A stretch of 64,000 nucleotides of DNA. Source: Candidatus Effluviviaceae Genus I sp. Lineage in GTDB: Bacteria > Joyebacterota > Joyebacteria > Joyebacterales > Joyebacteraceae. Shown here piece after piece: positions 9,755 to 20,162 of the stretch; position 1 is the stretch's first letter, and the number at the start of each line of letters is the position of its first letter. The stretch covers positions 26,866 to 90,865 of the forward strand of contig VGIX01000003.1 in the NCBI GenBank assembly GCA_016867725.1, in the 5' to 3' direction. The notes beneath the pieces are model-generated. The model was given only the letters and a program-made list of their open reading frames with translations, had not been told where the DNA came from and did not search any database. Position numbers and translations under genes: made by a program.

Positions 9755-9981
9755 GAGCGGCGACCGGCGGTCCGGCGCGCGGGCCCCGCAAGAAAACCCT
9801 TGCGCGGACAGGGACGCCCGGCTAGACTGCCGCTGCACCCACACATGGACGGACGCCTTTTAAACTAGCACGGCGAGGCTAGTAAGGGTGAGCACACCAA
9901 ACGCGATACGGCGGGTCATCGCAAGCTAGCGCTCGCGAGGCCCGCCGTTGCGTTTGCCCCTCAGCCTCGGGGAGGGTAAGC

Positions 9982-10950
9982 GTGAGCTGGACGAGCAAGC
10001 ACCTCCTGGGCCTCGAGGGGGTGACGCGCGAGGAGATCGTCACCATCCTCGACACGGCCGCGAAGTTCCGGGAGGTCCTCGACCGCCCCGTCAAGAAGGT
10101 GCCGACGCTGCGCGGCGTGACCGTGGTCAATCTCTTCTTCGAGCCGAGCACGCGCACGCGCATGTCCTTCGAGCTCGCGGAGAAGCGGCTGTCGGCGGAC
10201 ACGCTGAGCTTCACGGCGGCGACGTCGAGCGCGAAGAAGGGCGAGACGCTTCGCGACACGGCGCGGAACATCGAGGCCATGATGGTGGACATGGTGGTCA
10301 TCCGCCACTCGGCCCCCGGGGCGCCGCACTTCCTCGCCGACCACCTCGACGCCTCCATCATCAACGCGGGCGACGGCGCCCACGAGCACCCCACCCAGGC
10401 CCTCCTCGACCTCTTCACGATGAGGGAGCGGATGGGCGACATCGAGGGGAAGAAGGTCACCATCCTCGGGGACGTGCTGCACTCGCGCGTCGCCCGCTCG
10501 AACGTGTGGGGGCTCACGGCGATGGGCGCCGAGGTGACGCTCTGCGGCCCGGCGACGTTCATCCCGGCCGAGATCGAGCGCGTCGGCGTCGCCGTGACGA
10601 CCGACCTCGACGCGGCGGTCGGGGACGCCGACGTCGTCAACATCCTCCGCATCCAGCAGGAGCGGCTCGACGGCTGCTTCATCCCGAGCCTCAGGGAGTA
10701 CGCCGCGCTCTTCGGCGTCACGCGCGAGCGCGTCGAGCGCATGCGACCGGACGTCGTGATCATGCACCCGGGGCCGATCAACCGCGGCGTGGAGCTCGCG
10801 CCCGACGTGGCCGACGGCGAGCGCTCCGTGATCCTCGAGCAGGTGACGAACGGGGTCGCCGTCCGCATGGCGGTCATCTACCTTCTGTCCAGGGCGAGGG
10901 CGGCCGAGCGCGTCGAGGGCGCCGAGATCCTCGCGGAGGTGGGACTATGA
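9982..10950 (+). CDS. pyrB: aspartate carbamoyltransferase catalytic subunit
   Basis: STRTR and HPTQ motifs; first gene of the pyr operon. Confidence 0.9.
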   Translation: MSWTSKHLLGLEGVTREEIVTILDTAAKFREVLDRPVKKVPTLRGVTVVNLFFEPSTRTRMSFELAEKRLSADTLSFTAATSSAKKGETLRDTARNIEAMMVDMVVIRHSAPGAPHFLADHLDASIINAGDGAHEHPTQALLDLFTMRERMGDIEGKKVTILGDVLHSRVARSNVWGLTAMGAEVTLCGPATFIPAEIERVGVAVTTDLDAAVGDADVVNILRIQQERLDGCFIPSLREYAALFGVTRERVERMRPDVVIMHPGPINRGVELAPDVADGERSVILEQVTNGVAVRMAVIYLLSRARAAERVEGAEILAEVGL

Positions 10951-12296
10951 AGAAGACGCTCCTGAGAGGCGGGCGGCTGGTCGATCCCGCGACGCGCGCC
11001 GACGACAGGCTCGACCTCCTCATCGTGGACGGCAAGGTCGCCGAGCGGGCGCCGAACCTGCCGGCGGACGAGTCCACGACCGTCCTCGACGTCGCGGGCC
11101 TCGTCGTCTGCCCGGGCTTCGTGGACATGCACGTGCACCTGCGCGAGCCGGGCCGCGAGGACGAGGAGACGATCGAGAGCGGAGGCCTCGCGGCCGTCCA
11201 CGGCGGCGTCACGGCGATGGCGGCCATGCCGAACACGAGCCCGGCCATGGACACCGCCTCGTGGGTGGAGTTCGTGCGGACGAGGCCGTGCGCCGCGGCC
11301 GTGCACCCGATCGCGGCCGTGACGGTGGGGCGCGAGGGGAAGGTGCTGACCGAGATGGCCGAGCTCGCGGCGGCCGGCGCCGTGGCCTTCAGCGACGACG
11401 GATCGCCCGTGGCGAGCGGGCACGTCATGCGGATGGCGCTCCAGTACGCCTCGATGGTCGGGCGACCGATCATCGCGCACTGCGAGGATGCCGACCTCGC
11501 GCGGGGCGGCGCGATGCACGAGGGGCTCGCCTCGACGATCGCGGGGCTCAAGCCGTCGCCGGCGGCCGCCGAGGAGGTGATGGTCGCCCGCGACGTCATC
11601 CTCGCCCGCGCCACGGGCGCGCGGCTCCACATCGCCCACGTCTCCACGGGGGGCTCCGTCGAGCTCGTGCGAAGGGCCAAGGCGGACGGCGCCGCGGTCA
11701 CGTGCGAGACCTGCCCGCACTACCTGAGCCTGACGGACGACGACGTGAGGACCTACGACACGAGCTTCAAGGTGAACCCGCCGCTCCGGTCGGCCCGCGA
11801 CGTCGAGGCGCTGCGCGAGGGGCTGGCCGACGGAACGATCGACGCGGTCGCGAGCGATCACGCGCCGCACTCGCTCGAGGAGAAGCAGGTCGAGTTCGAC
11901 GCGGCGCCGCCCGGCGCCATCGGCCTCGAGACGACGCTTCCCGTGGTCGTCACGCACCTCGTCGCGCCGGGGATCATCTCGCTGTCGCGCGCCGTCGAGG
12001 TCCTGAGCGTGAACCCGGCGGCCATCCTCGGGGTCCCCGGCGGCACGCTCGAGGTCGGCGCGCCCGCCGATGTCGCGGTGTTCGACGCCGAGCGCAGATG
12101 GAAGGTGGACGAGCCCTGGTTCCGCTCGAGGTCCAGGAACTCGCCGTTCATCGGCCACGTGCTCTGCGGACGCGTCACGATGACGCTCCGCGGAGGCGAG
12201 GTCGTCTTCAGCGAACCGGAGCATGACGATCCAGGCGACTGCGAGGCTCGAGAGAGCGACGCGCGTGCGCGCGGAGGACTTCCTGTGCGCGTTTGA
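10947..12296 (+). CDS. pyrC: dihydroorotase
   Basis: [10 protein letters not shown] metal-binding motif; ATGA overlap with pyrB; C-terminal ~27 aa read through into pyrK. Confidence 0.88.
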   Translation: MKKTLLRGGRLVDPATRADDRLDLLIVDGKVAERAPNLPADESTTVLDVAGLVVCPGFVDMHVHLREPGREDEETIESGGLAAVHGGVTAMAAMPNTSPAMDTASWVEFVRTRPCAAAVHPIAAVTVGREGKVLTEMAELAAAGAVAFSDDGSPVASGHVMRMALQYASMVGRPIIAHCEDADLARGGAMHEGLASTIAGLKPSPAAAEEVMVARDVILARATGARLHIAHVSTGGSVELVRRAKADGAAVTCETCPHYLSLTDDDVRTYDTSFKVNPPLRSARDVEALREGLADGTIDAVASDHAPHSLEEKQVEFDAAPPGAIGLETTLPVVVTHLVAPGIISLSRAVEVLSVNPAAILGVPGGTLEVGAPADVAVFDAERRWKVDEPWFRSRSRNSPFIGHVLCGRVTMTLRGGEVVFSEPEHDDPGDCEARESDARARGGLPVRV

Positions 12297-13017
12297 CGCG
12301 GGCGGGGCGTTCCCCGACGCGCGCCCGGGGCAGTTCGTGCACGTGCGGACGCCGGCGGACCTCACGCTGAGGCGCCCCTTCTCGGTGGCCGCGGTCACGG
12401 GCCGGGGGCGCTTCGAGCTCCTCGTGCGAAAGAGGGGGGAGGGCACCGCCGCGCTCCTCTCGCTGCCGGAGGGGGCGGAGGTGTCGGTCCTCGGACCTTC
12501 GGGGAACGGGTTCGGCCTGCCGGAGCCCGGCGAGAGGGCGGTGCTCGTCGCCGGCGGCATCGGCGTCGCGGGCCTGCGGCACCTCTCGCGGACGCTCGCG
12601 AGGGACGGCCGCCGCCAGGTGGTTCTGGTCGGCGCGCCGACGGCGACGGCGCTCCTCGACGGCGTGCTTCCCGGGCCGACGACGGACGGCGCGGTGCGCG
12701 TCGAGGTCGCCACGGACGACGGCTCGCGAGGGCTCCGGGGGACGGTGTGCGACCTCGTCGGGCGCGCGCTCGAGGAGACGGACGCGCCGGCCCGCGTCTA
12801 CTGCTGCGGGCCGCAGGCGATGCTCCGCTCGGCGGCGGGGATCGCACTCGCGGCGGGCGCGCGGTGCGAGGCGCTCGTCGAGGAGGTCATGGCCTGCGGG
12901 ATCGGCGCGTGCCGGGGGTGCGTCGTGCGGACGCGGACCGGGTATCGCGCCGCGTGCGCCGACGGGCCGGTGTTCGACGCGGCGGAGCTCGTGTTCGACG
13001 GGGAGGAGCGTGCCTGA
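12223..13017 (+). CDS. pyrK: dihydroorotate dehydrogenase electron-transfer subunit
   Basis: FAD/NAD-binding PyrK pattern (PGQFVHV, RPFS) and C-terminal Cys cluster CGIGACRGC...C; 74-nt overlap with the pyrC tail. Confidence 0.8.
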   Translation: MTIQATARLERATRVRAEDFLCAFDAGGAFPDARPGQFVHVRTPADLTLRRPFSVAAVTGRGRFELLVRKRGEGTAALLSLPEGAEVSVLGPSGNGFGLPEPGERAVLVAGGIGVAGLRHLSRTLARDGRRQVVLVGAPTATALLDGVLPGPTTDGAVRVEVATDDGSRGLRGTVCDLVGRALEETDAPARVYCCGPQAMLRSAAGIALAAGARCEALVEEVMACGIGACRGCVVRTRTGYRAACADGPVFDAAELVFDGEERA

Positions 13018-13930
13018 CCTCAGAACGACGTTCGCCGGCATCGCGATGCGGACCCCGATCATGCTGGCCTCGGGGACCGTGGGATACGGCGGCGAGCTGT
13101 CAGGGCTTTGCGACTTCTCGAGCGTCGGGGCGATCGTGACGAAGACCGTGACGGAGGCGCCGAGGGATGGCAACCGGCCCCCGCGCCTGGCCGAGACGCC
13201 TGGCGGGCTCCTGAACGCGATCGGGCTTGAGAACGTGGGGATCGAGCGCTTCCTCGACGAGAAGCTGCCCGCGGCGGCCGCGCTCGGAGCGCCGGTCGTC
13301 GTGAGCGTCGCGGGGGACAGCCCGGCGGCGTTCGCGAGGCTCGCGCGGCGCGTCGGGGAGCGGCCGGAGACGGCCGCGGTCGAGATCAACATCTCGTGCC
13401 CGAACGTGGAGCGCGCGCGTCGCCCGGTCTGGGACGACCCGGACGCGACGGCGGCCGTCGTGGCCGCGGCGAGGGCGGCCACGGGCAAACCGCTCCTCGT
13501 CAAGCTCTCGCCGAACACGGCCGATGCCCTGAGCGTCGCCGAGGCGGCCCAGCGCGCCGGCGCGGACGCCCTCGTCGTGGCGAACACGCTGCCGGGCATG
13601 AGGATCGACATCGAGACCGGGCGTCCCGCGCTCGGGAACGCGACCGGCGGCCTCTCGGGGCGGGCGCTCATGCCGGTGAACCTCGCGCTCGTGTGGAGGA
13701 TCGCCGCGGGCGTGTCGATCCCGCTCGCGGGGTCCGGCGGCGTCGCGACGGCCGAGGACGCGCTCGAGTATCTCATGGCAGGCGCGTCCGCCGTGCAGGT
13801 GGGGACCGCGCTGTTCCTCGACCCCGACGCCGCGACGACGATCGCCGAGGGGCTCAGGCGTCGCATGGCGCACGATGGCGTGCGCAGCGTGGCCGAGTAC
13901 AAGGGGATGGCCGGGAGGATGTCCACATGA
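13010..13930 (+). CDS. pyrD: dihydroorotate dehydrogenase catalytic subunit (class 1B)
   Basis: Typical PyrD motifs (LENVGIE, EINISCPN, GGL.G). Confidence 0.88.
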   Translation: MPDLRTTFAGIAMRTPIMLASGTVGYGGELSGLCDFSSVGAIVTKTVTEAPRDGNRPPRLAETPGGLLNAIGLENVGIERFLDEKLPAAAALGAPVVVSVAGDSPAAFARLARRVGERPETAAVEINISCPNVERARRPVWDDPDATAAVVAAARAATGKPLLVKLSPNTADALSVAEAAQRAGADALVVANTLPGMRIDIETGRPALGNATGGLSGRALMPVNLALVWRIAAGVSIPLAGSGGVATAEDALEYLMAGASAVQVGTALFLDPDAATTIAEGLRRRMAHDGVRSVAEYKGMAGRMST

Positions 13931-14628
13931 ACGACCGCGAACGCAGCCGCCTCATCGTGGCGCTCGACGTGCCGACGAGGAGTGAGGCGCTCTCGTTCGC
14001 CCGGCGGGTCGGCCCGCACGCGGGGTTCCTCAAGGTCGGGTCGAGGCTCTTCACGGCCGAGGGACCCGACCTCGTCCGCGCGCTCAAGTCCGCGGGGCAC
14101 GGGATCTTCCTCGATCTCAAGTACCACGACATCCCCAACACGGTCGCCGAGGCGGCCGCGGCCGCGGCGGGGCTCGGCGTGGACTTCTTCGACGTGCACG
14201 CGTCGGGCGGTGCCGACATGGTGCGCGCGGCGGCGGAGGCGAGCCGGGAGGAAGCCTCGAGGCTCGGCCTGCCGCGCCCGCGCCTCCTGGCCGTCACCGT
14301 GCTCACGAGCATGCCCTCGACCGTCGAGCAGGTGACGCAGCTCGCGAGGCTCGCGCGGGACGCGGGGGCCGACGGCGTCGTCGCGTCCGCGCAGGAGGCG
14401 CGCGCCGTCCGCGACGTGACGGGGAGCGGCTTCGTCATCGTCACGCCGGGCATCCGCCCGGCGGGCGCGGGCAGGAACGACCAACGCCGCGTCGCCACTC
14501 CCGCCGAGGCCGTGGCGAGCGGAGCCGACTACATCGTCGTGGGCCGGCCGGTCCTCGCCGCGGACGACCCCGCGGCGGCCGCCCGTGCCATCGTGGAGGA
14601 GATGCAGAGCGCGGGGGTGACGCCGTGA
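13927..14628 (+). CDS. pyrF: orotidine 5'-phosphate decarboxylase
   Basis: LIVALD ... FLDLKYHDIPNT motifs; ATGA overlap with pyrD. Confidence 0.88.
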   Translation: MNDRERSRLIVALDVPTRSEALSFARRVGPHAGFLKVGSRLFTAEGPDLVRALKSAGHGIFLDLKYHDIPNTVAEAAAAAAGLGVDFFDVHASGGADMVRAAAEASREEASRLGLPRPRLLAVTVLTSMPSTVEQVTQLARLARDAGADGVVASAQEARAVRDVTGSGFVIVTPGIRPAGAGRNDQRRVATPAEAVASGADYIVVGRPVLAADDPAAAARAIVEEMQSAGVTP

Positions 14629-15218
14629 TGACAGGGACCACGGAGAGGGTGCTCGAGCTTCTCGCCGAGTCGGGAGCGCTGCTCAAGGGGCACTTCAGGC
14701 TCTCATCGGGCCGGCACAGCGACGAGTACTGCCAGTGCGCCCGCGTCCTCGAGCGGCCCGAGGCGGCCGAGGAGCTGGGCGCGATGCTCGCGGAGCTGTT
14801 CGTGGGCGATGACGTGGACGCGGTCGTGTCGCCCGCGCTCGGGGGCATCATCATCGGGCACGAGGTCGCGCGGGCGCTGGGCGTGCGATGCCTGTTCGCC
14901 GAGCGCGAGGACGGGAGGATGACGCTGAGGCGCGGGTTCGCGCTCCGCGAGGGCGAGCGCGCGCTGATCATCGAGGACGTGAGGACGACCGGGGGCTCCG
15001 TGCTCGAGGTGGCCGAGGTGGTGCGCGCGGCGGGCGCGGTCGTTGCCGGGTTCGGGTTCATCCTGGACAGGAGCCGGGAGCCCCGCGACCTCGGCGCGCC
15101 GGCCCGCGCGCTCGCGAGGCGCCCCATGGAGAGCCACGAGCCCGAGCGCTGCCCGCTCTGCGCGGACGGCGTGCCGGTCGTGAAGCCGGGGAGCAGGCCG
15201 GGGACCGAGAGAGCATGA
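14625..15218 (+). CDS. pyrE: orotate phosphoribosyltransferase
   Basis: PRTase motif LIIEDVRTTGGS; overlaps the pyrF stop. Confidence 0.85.
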   Translation: MMTGTTERVLELLAESGALLKGHFRLSSGRHSDEYCQCARVLERPEAAEELGAMLAELFVGDDVDAVVSPALGGIIIGHEVARALGVRCLFAEREDGRMTLRRGFALREGERALIIEDVRTTGGSVLEVAEVVRAAGAVVAGFGFILDRSREPRDLGAPARALARRPMESHEPERCPLCADGVPVVKPGSRPGTERA

Positions 15219-15285
15219 CTCCGTTCGGAGGCGACGGCCGGGGCGGCGCGCCCGGCGGAAGGCGGAACCCCCACAGGAGGACGCG

Positions 15286-16446
15286 ATGAGCTCGTACATT
15301 GGCCGCGGGAGGAAGGCACGGCAGACCTTCGGCTTCGATGAGGTCGCCATCGTCCCCGGGCGGGTGACCATCAACCCGGACGAGGTCGACACGACGTGGC
15401 AGCTGCGCGACCTCAGGTTCGGCGTGCCCATCCTCGCCGCGGCGATGGACGGGGTGGTGGACACGGCGATGGCCGTCGCCATGTCGAGGCTCGGGGGGCT
15501 CGCCGTGCTCAACCTCGAGGGCGTCCAGACGAGGTACGAGGCCCCGGGGACGGTGCTCGGCGAGATCGCGAGCGCTGACCCGGCCGAGGCCACGCGCCTC
15601 GTGCAGAAGCTCTACCAGCCGCCGATCAAGGAGGAGCTCGTCGCGACGCGCATCCGCGAGATCAAGAGCGGCGGCGGCGTCGCCGCGGTGTCGTCCACGC
15701 CGATCCGCGCCGCGCAGCTCGGCCGGCTTGCGGAGCAGGCGGGCGCGGACGTGTTCGTCGTCCAGTCCACGGTCGCGACGATCGACCACATCTCGACGGC
15801 GTACAAGACCCTCGACCTTCCGGCGTTCATCGACTCGATGAAGGTCCCGGTCATCGTCGGCAACTGCGTCACCTACGAGGTCGCGATGGACCTGATGGAG
15901 GCCGGCGCCGACGCGGTGCTCGTGGGCGTGGGCCCGGGCGCGGCGTGCACGACGAGAGGCGTGCTGGGCATCGGCGTCCCGCAGGTCACGGCGACCGTGG
16001 ACTGCGCGGCCGCGCGCGACCTCTACCTCAAGCGCGCGGGCAAGTACGTCCCCGTCATCACGGACGGCGGCATGGACACCGGCGGCGACGTGTGCAAGGC
16101 GTTCGCCTCGGGGGCCGACGCCGTCATGATCGGCTCGGCGCTCGCGCGCGCGAAGGAGGCCCCGGGGCGCGGCTACCACTGGGGCATGGCGACCCCGCAC
16201 GCGAACCTCCCGCGGGGCGCGCGGGTGAAGACGGGAACGAGCGGGACGCTCGAGGAGATCATCGTCGGCCCGGCGCGCACCGACGACGGCACGCAGAACC
16301 TCCTCGGGGCCCTCAGGACGTGCATGGGCAACGTCGGCGCGAAGAACATCCTCGAGATGCAGCAGGCCGACCTGATCATCGCCCCGTCCATCCGGTCGGA
16401 GGGCAAGCTCATGCAGCGGGCGCAGCACGTCGGGATGTGGAGGTAG
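15286..16446 (+). CDS. IMP dehydrogenase family protein lacking CBS domains (GuaB3-like)
   Basis: Catalytic-loop motif [11 protein letters not shown] and TIM-barrel IMPDH architecture, but only 386 aa with no CBS pair; located immediately upstream of guaA. Confidence 0.75.
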   Translation: MSSYIGRGRKARQTFGFDEVAIVPGRVTINPDEVDTTWQLRDLRFGVPILAAAMDGVVDTAMAVAMSRLGGLAVLNLEGVQTRYEAPGTVLGEIASADPAEATRLVQKLYQPPIKEELVATRIREIKSGGGVAAVSSTPIRAAQLGRLAEQAGADVFVVQSTVATIDHISTAYKTLDLPAFIDSMKVPVIVGNCVTYEVAMDLMEAGADAVLVGVGPGAACTTRGVLGIGVPQVTATVDCAAARDLYLKRAGKYVPVITDGGMDTGGDVCKAFASGADAVMIGSALARAKEAPGRGYHWGMATPHANLPRGARVKTGTSGTLEEIIVGPARTDDGTQNLLGALRTCMGNVGAKNILEMQQADLIIAPSIRSEGKLMQRAQHVGMWR

Positions 16447-16450
16447 CGCG

Positions 16451-18049
16451 ATGGCGTCGGGAGCGGCGACGGTCACGGCGAAGAGCGCGCGCGGGGACTG
16501 CGCCGCGGGGACCTCGGGAAGGACGCGCGTCGTCATCCTCGACTTCGGCTCGCAGTACACCCACCTCATCGCGCGGCGCGTGCGCGAGTGCGGCGTGTAC
16601 TCCGAGGTCGTGCGGTTCGACACGCCCGCCGCCGAGGTCGCCCGCAACGCCGGGGCCGTCGTGCTGTCGGGCGGGCCGTCGAGCATCTACGCGGAGGGCG
16701 CGCCGAGGCCGGACCCGGGGATCTTCCGGCTCGGCGTCCCCGTGCTCGGCATCTGCTACGGGATGCAGGCGATGGCCGAGGCGCTCGGCGGGCGGGTCAT
16801 CCGCGGAACGACGCGGGAGTACGGTCCCCAGGGGTTCGAGGTCGCGGGCCGCCACCGGCTCTTCGACGGCCTCCCGGCCCGAGCGCAGGTGTGGATGAGC
16901 CACGGCGACGAGGTCGTCGCGCCGCCGGCCGGATTCGAGGTCCTCGGAAGGAGCGCGGACGGCAAGATCGCGTCGTTCGGCGACGACGGGCGCCGCCTCT
17001 ACGGCCTCCAGTTCCACCCCGAGGTCGTCCACACGGAAGGGGGCGCGCGGCTCGTCGGGAACTTCGTTCACGGCATCGCCGGCATCGAGGGCGACTGGAC
17101 GCCCGCCTCGTTCGTCGAGGAGGCGGTCGGAGCGATCCGCGCGACGGTCGGCGACTCGAAGGTCGTCTGCGCGCTCTCGGGCGGCGTGGACTCGTCGGTG
17201 ATGTCGGTGCTCGTGCACCGGGCGATCGGCGACCGGCTCGTTCCCATCTTCGTGGACAACGGGCTCCTCAGGAAGAACGAGGAGACGGACGTCGTGGCGC
17301 GGCTCCGGGACGGGCTCGGGCTGCGCATCAGGACCGTGGACGCGCGCGACCGCTTCCTCTCGAAGCTCGCCGGCGTCGTCGATCCCGAGGCGAAGCGGAA
17401 GATCATCGGCACCGAGTTCATCCGCGTGTTCGAGGAGGAGGCGAGGAGCCTGGGCGGCGTCCGGTTCCTCGCGCAGGGCACGCTCTACCCGGACGTCATC
17501 GAGAGCGTGTCGGTCAAGGGGCCGTCGGCGACGATCAAGAGCCACCACAACGTGGGCGGGCTCCCGGAGCGGATGGACCTCGAGCTCATCGAGCCCCTGA
17601 AGACGCTCTTCAAGGACGAGGTGCGAAGCGTCGGCCGCGAGCTGGGGATCGACGCGGACATCCTGCGGCGGCACCCGTTCCCCGGGCCCGGGCTCGCGGT
17701 CCGCATCCTCGGCGACGTCACGGCCGGGCGCGTGGCGACCCTTCAGGAGGCCGACGCGATCGCGCTCGAGGAGATCCGCCGCGCCGGCCTCTACGACAGC
17801 ATCTGGCAGGCCTTCGTGGTGCTCCTGCCCGTGCAGAGCGTCGGCGTCATGGGCGACGAGCGCACGTACGAGGACGTCGTGGCCGTGCGCGCGGTGGACT
17901 CCCTCGACGGCATGACGGCGCACTGGTACCCGATGCCGCACGACGTGCTCGAGCGGATCTCGGCCCGCATCATCAACGAGGTCCGCGGCGTGAACCGGGT
18001 GTGCTACGACGTGAGCTCGAAGCCGCCCTCGACGATCGAGTGGGAGTAG
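16451..18049 (+). CDS. guaA: GMP synthase (glutamine-hydrolysing)
   Basis: GATase Cys (GICYGMQ), the PP-loop SGGVDSS, and the C-terminal dimerisation domain ending IEWE. Confidence 0.9.
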   Translation: MASGAATVTAKSARGDCAAGTSGRTRVVILDFGSQYTHLIARRVRECGVYSEVVRFDTPAAEVARNAGAVVLSGGPSSIYAEGAPRPDPGIFRLGVPVLGICYGMQAMAEALGGRVIRGTTREYGPQGFEVAGRHRLFDGLPARAQVWMSHGDEVVAPPAGFEVLGRSADGKIASFGDDGRRLYGLQFHPEVVHTEGGARLVGNFVHGIAGIEGDWTPASFVEEAVGAIRATVGDSKVVCALSGGVDSSVMSVLVHRAIGDRLVPIFVDNGLLRKNEETDVVARLRDGLGLRIRTVDARDRFLSKLAGVVDPEAKRKIIGTEFIRVFEEEARSLGGVRFLAQGTLYPDVIESVSVKGPSATIKSHHNVGGLPERMDLELIEPLKTLFKDEVRSVGRELGIDADILRRHPFPGPGLAVRILGDVTAGRVATLQEADAIALEEIRRAGLYDSIWQAFVVLLPVQSVGVMGDERTYEDVVAVRAVDSLDGMTAHWYPMPHDVLERISARIINEVRGVNRVCYDVSSKPPSTIEWE

Positions 18050-18065
18050 GGGGGAGGAGGAGCGC

Positions 18066-19460
18066 GTGATCGACAGGTACTCGACGCCCGAGATGACGGC
18101 CGTCTGGGACGAGCGCGTGAAGCTCGCGCTGTGGGTGAAGATCGAGGTCGAGGCCGCGCGCGCGATGGCCGACATCGGCCGCATCCCGCGCAGGGCGGCG
18201 GCGACCATCGGGAAGAAGGCCTCGGTGAGCATCGAGCGCATGCGCGAGATCGAGCAGGAGACGCACCACGACGTGATCGCGTTCATCTCCGCGCTCTCGG
18301 AGGAGATCGGGCCGGACTCGAAGTACCTCCATCTCGGGATGACGTCGTCCGACGTCCTCGACACGGCCACGGCCGCTCAGATCATGCGCTCCGGCGTGCT
18401 CGTCCTCGAGGCGCTCGACGGGGTCACCGCGTCCGTGGCGAGGCTCGCAGCCGAGCACGCGGACACGCCGATCGTCGGCCGCACGCACGGCGTGCACGCC
18501 GAACCGATGTCGCTCGGGCTTAAGTTCGCGCTCTGGTGGGACGAGCTCACGCGCGCCGGCGACAGCCTGGCCCTCGCCGTGGGCGAGGCGTCGGTCGGCA
18601 AGCTCTCGGGCGCGGTGGGGACCTACGCGAATGTGGACCCGCGCGTCGAGGAGCGCGTCTGCCGCGCGCTCGGCCTTCGGCCGGCGGGCGTCTCGAGCCA
18701 GATCGTCCCGCGGGACCGCCACGCGCGCTACCTCTTCGCGCTCGCGCTCCTCGGCAGCGTCATCGCGCGCCAGGCGCTCGAGATCAGGCTCCTCGCGCGC
18801 ACTGAGGCGTCCGAGATCATGGAGGGGTTCGCGCGGAAGCAGAAGGGCTCGTCGGCGATGCCGCACAAGAGGAACCCGGTGAAGTGCGAGCAGCTCTGCG
18901 GGCTCGCGCGGCTCCTGCGCGCCAACGCGATCGCCGGGCTCGAGAACGTCGAGCTGTGGCACGAGCGGGACATCTCGCACTCGTCGGTGGAGCGCGTGAT
19001 CCTGCCCGACAGCTCGATCGCGGCGCACTACATGGTCGTGAAGTTCCGCGGCATCGTGGACTCGCTCGAGGTGCGGCCCGACCGGATGCTCGAGAACCTG
19101 GGCTCGTCCCGCGGGCTCGTCTTCTCGGGCACGGTGCTCACGGCGCTCATCGACGCGGGCATGACGAGGGAGAAGGCGTACGAGCGCGTGCAGGCGGCGT
19201 CCATGCGGGCAAGGAGGGAGGGCGCCGCGCTCAGGGACGTGCTCGCGGAGGACGCCGAGGTCGTGCGGGCGCTGGGGAAGACGCTCGACGACGCGTTCGA
19301 CCTCGGCAGGCACCTCGCGCACGCGCGGACGGTCCTCGAACGGCTGGGGATCGTCGGGCCGGCGCGGGGACGGAAGGCGGCGGCACGGAAGAAGGGCGCG
19401 GGGAAGGCGAGGAGCGGGCGAACGGCAACCCGGAACGGAGAAAGGAGCGCGAGATCGTGA
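18066..19460 (+). CDS. purB: adenylosuccinate lyase, with an unusual ~33-aa Lys/Arg-rich C-terminal tail
   Basis: Fumarate-lyase signature GSSAMPHKRNP; the tail is GPARGRKAAARKKGAGKARSGRTATRNGERSARS. Confidence 0.88.
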   Translation: MIDRYSTPEMTAVWDERVKLALWVKIEVEAARAMADIGRIPRRAAATIGKKASVSIERMREIEQETHHDVIAFISALSEEIGPDSKYLHLGMTSSDVLDTATAAQIMRSGVLVLEALDGVTASVARLAAEHADTPIVGRTHGVHAEPMSLGLKFALWWDELTRAGDSLALAVGEASVGKLSGAVGTYANVDPRVEERVCRALGLRPAGVSSQIVPRDRHARYLFALALLGSVIARQALEIRLLARTEASEIMEGFARKQKGSSAMPHKRNPVKCEQLCGLARLLRANAIAGLENVELWHERDISHSSVERVILPDSSIAAHYMVVKFRGIVDSLEVRPDRMLENLGSSRGLVFSGTVLTALIDAGMTREKAYERVQAASMRARREGAALRDVLAEDAEVVRALGKTLDDAFDLGRHLAHARTVLERLGIVGPARGRKAAARKKGAGKARSGRTATRNGERSARS

Positions 19461-20161
19461 AGAAGCTGGAGAGGCTCTACGAGGGCAAGGCGAAGATCCT
19501 GTGGACGACGGACTCGCCGGAGCACATGGTCCAGGAGTTCAAGGACGACGCGACCGCGTTCGACGGAACGAAGCACGCGGTGGTCGAGGGCAAGGGGCGG
19601 TTCAACAACGCCATCTCGTCGCGCCTGTTCGAGATGCTCCGCGACGAGGGGATCCGCACGCACTTCGTGCGGAAGCTCTCCGAGCGCGAGATGCTCGTCG
19701 AGCGCCTCAAGATGCTCCCCGTCGAGGTCGTCGTCAGGAACGCGGCGGCGGGCTCCATCGTGAAGAAGCTCGGGGCGACCGAGGGCATGCGGTTCGACCC
19801 GCCGCTCGTCGAGTTCTTCCTCAAGAACGACGCGCTGCACGACCCGCTCATCACGGACGACCACATCCGCGCGTTCGGGCTCGCGCCGGAGGGGATGCCG
19901 CGGGAGATGCGGAAGCGGGCGCTTCAGGTCAACGACGTGCTCAGGCGCTTCCTCGCGGGGCGCGGCGTGGACCTCGTGGACTTCAAGCTCGAGTTCGGCC
20001 TGAAGGGCGGCGAGCTCGTGCTGGGCGACGAGGTGTCCCCGGACACCTGCCGGCTCCGCGACGCGGCGACGGGGAGGATCATGGACAAGGACAGGTTCCG
20101 GCAGGACCTCGGCGGGTTCATGGAGGCCTACGGCGAGGTTCTGGACCGGGTAACCCAGTGA
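19457..20161 (+). CDS. purC: phosphoribosylaminoimidazole-succinocarboxamide synthase
   Basis: LYEGKAKILW...P N-terminus typical of SAICAR synthase; GTGA overlap with purB. Confidence 0.85.
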   Translation: MKKLERLYEGKAKILWTTDSPEHMVQEFKDDATAFDGTKHAVVEGKGRFNNAISSRLFEMLRDEGIRTHFVRKLSEREMLVERLKMLPVEVVVRNAAAGSIVKKLGATEGMRFDPPLVEFFLKNDALHDPLITDDHIRAFGLAPEGMPREMRKRALQVNDVLRRFLAGRGVDLVDFKLEFGLKGGELVLGDEVSPDTCRLRDAATGRIMDKDRFRQDLGGFMEAYGEVLDRVTQ

Positions 20162-20162
20162 G

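Noticed and set aside
12208-14484. 758-aa minus-strand ORF spanning pyrK, pyrD and pyrF
   Set aside because: It is antisense to three well-supported pyr genes and has an Arg/Pro-rich low-complexity translation; a shadow ORF.
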